Origin: Bacteroidota bacterium
Lineage (GTDB): Bacteria > Bacteroidota > Bacteroidia > Bacteroidales > UBA7960
Length of the DNA stretch: 64,000 nucleotides
Direction of reading: 5' to 3'
Assembly: GCA_007693555.1 (NCBI GenBank)
Contig: REDJ01000242.1
Span: 15-64,014 of the forward strand
Position 1 is the first letter of the stretch, and each line of letters begins with the position of its first letter. The position numbers and the translations under genes are program-made. The notes below the pieces were generated by a model. The model was not told where the DNA came from. It saw only the letters and a list, made by a program, of their open reading frames with translations, and did not search any database. Shown here in pieces: positions 58,896-64,000 of the stretch.

Positions 58896-59327
58896 ATGAC
58901 AATTATCAGATGGCGCACACAACCCAGCCTTGAAAAGTTTTTGAATGAAGCCTTTGAAAATAAGGTGGAAGATAATTTCAATGAAAACTGCGGCTGCCTG
59001 CCCGACACAAACATTATCAAGTCAAAAGACCATTTCACAATTGAGATGGCAGCACCCGGACTGCAAAAGTCAGATTTTAAAATCAATGTAGATGATAAAA
59101 TGTTAACTATTTCTTATGAGCCTGATGAAAAAAAGGAAGAAACATTTTCAGGAAAGTATTTAAGAAGAGAGTTTAACCAAGAGGCCTTTTCACGTCATTT
59201 TACACTTCCTGAAACCTGTGATACCGAAAAAATCAAGGCAAAATACGAAAACGGAGTTTTAAGGGTATATGTTCCCTTTGAGGATCCTGAAAAAACAAAA
59301 ATTTCAAGAGCAATTAGTGTAAACTAA
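58896..59327 (+). CDS. Hsp20/alpha-crystallin small heat-shock protein
   Basis: Alpha-crystallin domain: DTNIIKSKDHFTIEMAAPGLQKSDFKINVDDKMLTIS..FSRHFTLPETCDTEKIKAKYENGVLRVYVP. Confidence 0.88.
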   Translation: MTIIRWRTQPSLEKFLNEAFENKVEDNFNENCGCLPDTNIIKSKDHFTIEMAAPGLQKSDFKINVDDKMLTISYEPDEKKEETFSGKYLRREFNQEAFSRHFTLPETCDTEKIKAKYENGVLRVYVPFEDPEKTKISRAISVN

Positions 59328-59368
59328 TATCCTGACCCGCATTTCCCCGGTTTCATTAATCAATTAAC

Positions 59369-59397
59369 AAAAGACCTCTTAACGGGTCTTTTTTTTT
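59369..59397 (+). terminator. Rho-independent terminator after hsp20
   Basis: Stem aaagacc / ggtcttt with an 8 nt loop, running into a T9 tract (59389-59397). It sits ~40 nt past the stop. Confidence 0.7.
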
Positions 59398-59449
59398 ATT
59401 TTGGTAACAAAATATAATGCTCTGTAATATTACTTTAAATTTTAGTTTG

Positions 59450-59457
59450 TATTTTTG
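59450..59457 (+). promoter_or_regulatory. Candidate -7 promoter box (TAttTTTG) for ptb-buk
   Basis: tatttttg, 39 nt upstream of the ATG at 59496. Confidence 0.45.
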
Positions 59458-59495
59458 AGCCCATAGATAAATCACCCTTAAAACATAACAACCCT

Positions 59496-60392
59496 ATGCT
59501 TACAAAACTCTCTGATTTGCATCAGATGGCTAAGGCAGCTACAAGGAAAAAGCTTGTACTTGCCGCAGCCCATGACCAGAATGCCCTTGAAGCTGTTGTC
59601 AATGCTTCCCGGAATGAAATCGTAGATGTAATCCTGGTGGGAAACAAAACGGCTATATTTGAAATATCAGAAAAATCGGGGCTTGACATTTCTGGTTTTG
59701 AGCTTATCGACGAACCCGATAATGACAAGGCTGCCTCCATCTCTGTAAAGATGGTTTCTGAAAAGAAAGCAGATATTGTGATGAAAGGGCATCTGGGTAC
59801 ATCAAGCTTACTCAAAGCCGTGCTGAACAAAGAATGGGGTTTAAGAAGCGGAGAACTTCTTTCTCACCTGGCTCTTTTCGAGGTACCTGTTTATCACAAA
59901 ATCATTGCACTTACAGACGCAGCAATGAATATTGCACCTGATTTTAAAGGGAAAGCCTCCATCCTTAAAAATGCTGTCAACTATTTACGCAAACTGGGTA
60001 TAGACAAACCCAAAGTTGCCGTTTTAAGTGCAGTAGAAACCGTTAATCCCGACATGAAATCTGCCATGGAAGCGGCTGCCCTGGCCAAGATGGGCGACAG
60101 GGGCCAATTCGGAAAGTGCATCATCGACGGCCCTTTTGCATTTGATAACGCTGTCAGTAAAAAAAGTGCAGAACTCAAAAAAATTTCAAGCTCGGTTGCA
60201 GGTGATGCTGATTTGATTATGGGAGATGACCTGGATGCCTCCAATGCCATTTACAAGACATTTATCTATTTTGCCAATGCAAGGTGTGCAGCTGTAATAG
60301 TAGGTGCTGCAGCACCTATTGTGCTTACAAGCCGAGCAGACAGTGATGATACAAAGCTCAACAGTATTGCACTTGCCGCAGCAGTAAATTAA
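59496..60392 (+). CDS. ptb: Phosphate butyryltransferase (PTA_PTB family)
   Basis: ~300 aa. Contains KKLVLAAAHDQNALEAVVNA, MKGHLGTSSLLKAVL and DGPFAFDNAVS. Butyrate kinase follows directly. Confidence 0.8.
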   Translation: MLTKLSDLHQMAKAATRKKLVLAAAHDQNALEAVVNASRNEIVDVILVGNKTAIFEISEKSGLDISGFELIDEPDNDKAASISVKMVSEKKADIVMKGHLGTSSLLKAVLNKEWGLRSGELLSHLALFEVPVYHKIIALTDAAMNIAPDFKGKASILKNAVNYLRKLGIDKPKVAVLSAVETVNPDMKSAMEAAALAKMGDRGQFGKCIIDGPFAFDNAVSKKSAELKKISSSVAGDADLIMGDDLDASNAIYKTFIYFANARCAAVIVGAAAPIVLTSRADSDDTKLNSIALAAAVN

Positions 60393-60422
60393 TGCATTTA
60401 ACCTCTTTATATTTATCAAAAC

Positions 60423-61499
60423 ATGGAAGAAGAATTGCTGTTAGCCATTAATCCTGGTTCTACTTCAACAAAGATTGCAGTTTTCAAAAACACACGCGAG
60501 GTATTTCTTAAAACCATAAGACATTCATGCGAAGACATTGAAAAGTTCGAGAAAATTACCGATCAATATGAATTTCGCCGCAGTATAATTTTGCAGGAAT
60601 TAAAAAATGCAGATATTGCTATTGAAAGTATTCAAATTGTTGTGGGGCGCGGAGGCTTGGTTAAACCGATAAAATCAGGCGTTTATGAAATGAACGAGGC
60701 ACTAATTAACGATCTTAAAGTGGGGGTATTGGGTCAGCATGCCAGCAATCTCGGTGGATTAATTGCCCATGACATAGCCCAAACACTTCCCAATGCGCGT
60801 GCCTTTATTGCCGACCCGGTAGTTGTAGACGAGCTTGAAGATATTGCCAGGATTTCAGGTCATCCCGAAATCGAGAGAATTTCCATTTTTCATGCATTGA
60901 ACCAAAAAGCCATTGCTCGTCAACATGCCCGTGCTGTGGCCCAAACCTATGAAGCTCTTAATTTGATTGTCGCACATCTTGGGGGTGGTATCAGTGTGGG
61001 AGCTCATTATCAGGGTCGGGTAATTGACGTTAACCAGGCCCTTGATGGTGACGGGCCGTTTTCTCCTGAAAGAAGCGGTGGCTTGCCGGCAGGAGCGCTT
61101 GTAAAACTGTGTTTCAGTGGCAAATATACTGAAAAACAAATCCTTAAAATGATTACCGGGCGTGGAGGGTTGGTTGCATATCTTGACACCAATGATGCAT
61201 ATGAAGTTGAGAAAAAAGCCCTGGCCGGTGACGAAAAAGCTAAGCTTATTTATGATGCAATGGCTTACCAGGTTGCAAAGGAAATTGGCGCCATGGCCAC
61301 AGTTCTTAAAGGAGATGTGCATGCCATACTACTAACAGGTGGAATTGCATATGGGAAACCTTTTGTAGAAAACCTTACAGAAAGAATTCGTCATATTTCA
61401 CCGGTTTACGTATATCCCGGAGAGGATGAAATGCGCGCATTGGCCATGAACGGATTAATGGTTCTGAAAGGAGAAACAGAACCCTTAGTTTACGAATAA
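60423..61499 (+). CDS. buk: Butyrate kinase
   Basis: LAINPGSTSTKIAVF, IVAHLGGGISVGAH and ILLTGGIAY. 358 aa. Confidence 0.88.
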   Translation: MEEELLLAINPGSTSTKIAVFKNTREVFLKTIRHSCEDIEKFEKITDQYEFRRSIILQELKNADIAIESIQIVVGRGGLVKPIKSGVYEMNEALINDLKVGVLGQHASNLGGLIAHDIAQTLPNARAFIADPVVVDELEDIARISGHPEIERISIFHALNQKAIARQHARAVAQTYEALNLIVAHLGGGISVGAHYQGRVIDVNQALDGDGPFSPERSGGLPAGALVKLCFSGKYTEKQILKMITGRGGLVAYLDTNDAYEVEKKALAGDEKAKLIYDAMAYQVAKEIGAMATVLKGDVHAILLTGGIAYGKPFVENLTERIRHISPVYVYPGEDEMRALAMNGLMVLKGETEPLVYE

Positions 61500-61562
61500 T
61501 ATATATATATTTGCCTTACCGGGTTTTTCAGCAAGAGAAACAAGGGGTAAACCGACATTTAT

Positions 61563-61889
61563 TCACAAATCCCATTTTGCCTCTGACTTCCATTGTGTAA
61601 AATATACCCTTATATCTGCTTCACTTTTCCATTGGGAATAGTAAACCTTAATATCTGCCTCGCTTTTCCATTCGGTAATATACCATATTCCTGAGCGTGG
61701 CTTTGCTTCGGATTTCCATTTTGTAATGTATGCAATGACATTGGCTTCAGATTTCCATTCTGTTATGTAAACAATATAATCTGCCTCTGACTTCCATTGT
61801 GTAACATAAACTTTCTGACCAAAAACATTTACAGTTGCAAGGAACCCAAATAATAATATGAATAACAATGTTTTCAATACAGTTCTCAT
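61563..61889 (-). CDS. Secreted mini-protein made almost entirely of six WKSEA repeats
   Basis: Signal peptide MRTVLKTLLFILLFGFLATVNVFGQ, then six units: KVYVTQWKSEADYI / VYITEWKSEANVIA / YITKWKSEAKPRSGIW / YITEWKSEADIK / VYYSQWKSEADIR / VYFTQWKSEAKWDL. Confidence 0.7.
   Translation of the reverse strand: MRTVLKTLLFILLFGFLATVNVFGQKVYVTQWKSEADYIVYITEWKSEANVIAYITKWKSEAKPRSGIWYITEWKSEADIKVYYSQWKSEADIRVYFTQWKSEAKWDL
61566..61814 (-). repeat. Six imperfect tandem coding repeats (36-48 bp units)
   Basis: Plus-strand units each contain (c/t)ttccatt(g/c/t)(t/g)gt(a/t)a: gacttccattgtgtaa, cttttccattgggaat, cttttccattcggtaa, gatttccattttgtaa, gatttccattctgtta, gacttccattgtgtaa. Confidence 0.85.
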
Positions 61890-61925
61890 GGTTAGAGTTT
61901 TAAGTTATTTCAACTTTTTTCGCAT

Positions 61926-64000
61926 TCAATCAAAATTAATTGCAGGAATTCTCATAATGAATCTGGTTCCTTTTCCCTGCTCAGATTCAAAGGAAATGTG
62001 TCCATTAAGGCTTTGGATGATACTTTTTACCATTGCCAGCCCCAACCCCATTCCGGCATTTTTGGTGGTAAAATACGGCTGAAATATGTTTTTCTTCAGT
62101 TCCTCCGGAATACCGCATCCAAAATCCTGTATCTCAACCTTCAAATAATTTTCTTCTTTTTCGCACTTGATGTTTATGCGGGCAATGTCTTCTTTCTCAT
62201 AGGCCTGTATAGCATTTTTGATGAGATTGTTAAAGACCCTCATCAATTGATTTTTGTCACCACTAACCTTTAAAGGATATGTACCTCCGGGCATGAAAGT
62301 ATCAATCTTAACATTATCAAACCCTTTAAATAAATCGGTTACTTCGGGAATAAATTTTCGTAAATCAATAACATCATTTTTTGCAACCGGCATTTTGGCA
62401 AAATCAGAAAATTCAGCAGCAATTACTGCAAGGCTGTCAATTTGCTCAACCATTGTTTTCGTGAAGCGCTCCAGTCGTTCATCCCAATCATCTGCTCTAT
62501 CCTGCCAGGCCCTTTGCAGGTACTGCACATTTAAACGCATAGGTGTCAATGGGTTTTTTATTTCATGAGCAACCTGTTTGGCCATTTCCCTCCAGGCAGA
62601 TTCACGTTCGCTGCGAGCAAGCAACTCTGCGCTTACAGCAAGCTCATCAATCATTCTGTTATATTCACTGATTAACTGACCAATTTCATCGTTGCGTTCC
62701 CAATGAATTTTTTTGTTTGATTTGCCAAAAGTAACCCTGGAAATACTGTCCCTTATTATCTGCAGAGGACGTGTTACATAATTGGAAATGAAAAATGCTA
62801 TAATTACAGAAAGCAAAAGCAAAAGGAGGTAAATATTTATAAAAGCAACAAGAAAGTATGAGATTTCATTGCGTAATTCGCTTTGCTGTGCAAAATAAGG
62901 CAGGTTAATATATGCGATCAACTGGCCTTGCAGATTTCTAAGTGGTACATATGTGGATATATATTCAAGGTTTCCTATTCTTTCATTATGAATAAACAAA
63001 CTCTTTCCGCTAATTTTCAATTGGTTAAATGCTACCGGTTGTATCAACGGAGAAATCAACCCTTCGTCAAATACCCTTGGGCGTGAAGACGCCAGCAAGG
63101 CTCCGTCGGGATCAAACAAGTTTATATCGGTAAAAAATACCTGGGAAAGCCTTAAAAGCAATGGATTCAAAAAATCTCTGTATGTATAATCAAGCCATGG
63201 TTCCTCTGCCAGAATATTCTCAAGTTCAATGAGTATGCTGTGTGATTTTTCATTTATGATGGCTTCATTTTTATTTTTGTAGATATTAAAAATAAACCAT
63301 GCAGAAGCACTGCCTATTGCCACCACGGATATCAAAACAATACCTATGATTGAAAATTGCAATCTTTTCTTAAAATTCAGAGAAAAGCTGAATTCATCAT
63401 TGACCTTTAAAACCAAGGCCCAAATAAGTATTCCAAACAGAAATAAGGTGATGAATAAATATGAAAACGGAGCGATTCTTTCCAGTACACCCTCCCTGGG
63501 TTTGCTGACAATGATTTGCGTGTTTTCATCCCGGTTGTATAAAAGATGACTGTATGCATCAGATTCAAAAAACACAAATGTCTCATTTCCTGTATCATAT
63601 GCGCTGGCATGTATGCTGTAGAAAAAAGATCCGAACTTAAGGGTCATAATATCATCCTTATATACTGCATAAGAATAGTTGCCAAGATTGCGGGATATGT
63701 CAATGCGCTCATCTACCAAAAGCTCCGGGAAGCCCAGTTCTTTTGGAATAAAACGTGCTTCAAATTCAACATATAAATTGTAAAGTATCTGGTTGTCAAC
63801 ATCAGATTTTATGGGGATTATGCTTATGTATGAATTCCTTCCTGTGTGGTTGTCAAGATATATAAAATGCTCGCTTATAGTTTCCCTGCCAAACTGGTTT
63901 ATGAAAAAATCAAAATAATCGTCACAAACAAACTCCTGCTCAAAATGCTTGAAATACAAAATTTCTCCGGGAGCACATGTGGTAAGCTGAATATCATATT
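61926..64000 (-). CDS. Membrane sensor histidine kinase (NtrY-like: TM - extracytoplasmic domain - TM - HAMP - HisKA - HATPase_c), 5' end probably outside the window
   Basis: H-box AKQVAHEIKNPLTPM, N-box FNNLIKNAIQA, G1 QDFGCGIP and G2 GMGLGLAMVKS. A HAMP domain follows the TM helix ISYFLVAFINIYLLLLLLSVIIAFFI. The frame stays open from the TTG at 63959 to position 64000 (..YDIQLTTCAPGEI), so the real start is probably upstream of the window. Confidence 0.85.
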   Translation of the reverse strand, partial: YDIQLTTCAPGEILYFKHFEQEFVCDDYFDFFINQFGRETISEHFIYLDNHTGRNSYISIIPIKSDVDNQILYNLYVEFEARFIPKELGFPELLVDERIDISRNLGNYSYAVYKDDIMTLKFGSFFYSIHASAYDTGNETFVFFESDAYSHLLYNRDENTQIIVSKPREGVLERIAPFSYLFITLFLFGILIWALVLKVNDEFSFSLNFKKRLQFSIIGIVLISVVAIGSASAWFIFNIYKNKNEAIINEKSHSILIELENILAEEPWLDYTYRDFLNPLLLRLSQVFFTDINLFDPDGALLASSRPRVFDEGLISPLIQPVAFNQLKISGKSLFIHNERIGNLEYISTYVPLRNLQGQLIAYINLPYFAQQSELRNEISYFLVAFINIYLLLLLLSVIIAFFISNYVTRPLQIIRDSISRVTFGKSNKKIHWERNDEIGQLISEYNRMIDELAVSAELLARSERESAWREMAKQVAHEIKNPLTPMRLNVQYLQRAWQDRADDWDERLERFTKTMVEQIDSLAVIAAEFSDFAKMPVAKNDVIDLRKFIPEVTDLFKGFDNVKIDTFMPGGTYPLKVSGDKNQLMRVFNNLIKNAIQAYEKEDIARINIKCEKEENYLKVEIQDFGCGIPEELKKNIFQPYFTTKNAGMGLGLAMVKSIIQSLNGHISFESEQGKGTRFIMRIPAINFD

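Noticed and set aside
61497-61511. (AT)7 microsatellite between the convergent buk and WKSEA genes
   Set aside because: It is a short, AT-rich repeat in a convergent intergenic region. It has no coding or obvious regulatory consequence.

Overview
This 64 kb window looks like a chromosomal segment of a Bacteroidota genome. Three complete proteins end in T9SS type-A C-terminal sorting domains. A gldE-gldD pair and a UpxY-type antiterminator are present, and 14 TAnnTTTG (-7) promoter boxes sit upstream of 13 genes. A ptb-buk pair suggests an anaerobic butyrate-fermenting lifestyle. I saw no rRNA, tRNA, CRISPR array, transposase, integrase or recognisable defence genes.

Positions 20-61 kb are mostly housekeeping genes: mgtE, pyk, hflX, trpS, recJ, atpDC, a ribF-like gene, frr, pyrH, tsf, rpsB, rpsI and rplM. 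Envelope and polysaccharide genes are scattered among them: a flippase, wecB, an LpxL-like acyltransferase, a WbpB-like dehydrogenase and a UpxY plus sugar-transferase pair.

The unusual part is the left 20 kb, where five genes lie on the minus strand:
- an orphan wza-wzc export pair;
- a 2980 aa LamG / beta-helix-like T9SS protein;
- a small acidic secreted protein with its own terminator;
- a second giant ORF (complement 1..6104, at least 2034 codons). It is missing from the supplied ORF track because it runs off the window edge.

Other items worth a second look:
- a secreted 6x WKSEA tandem-repeat mini-protein next to a histidine kinase;
- a RibF homolog whose FAD-synthetase motifs are degenerate;
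- a 734 aa KamA-like radical SAM protein with a long leader;
- a sugar-phosphate transferase with no membrane helix;
- several perfect palindromes in intergenic regions.

I cannot show that any of this is a new system. All family calls come from motif recognition by eye, without database searches.
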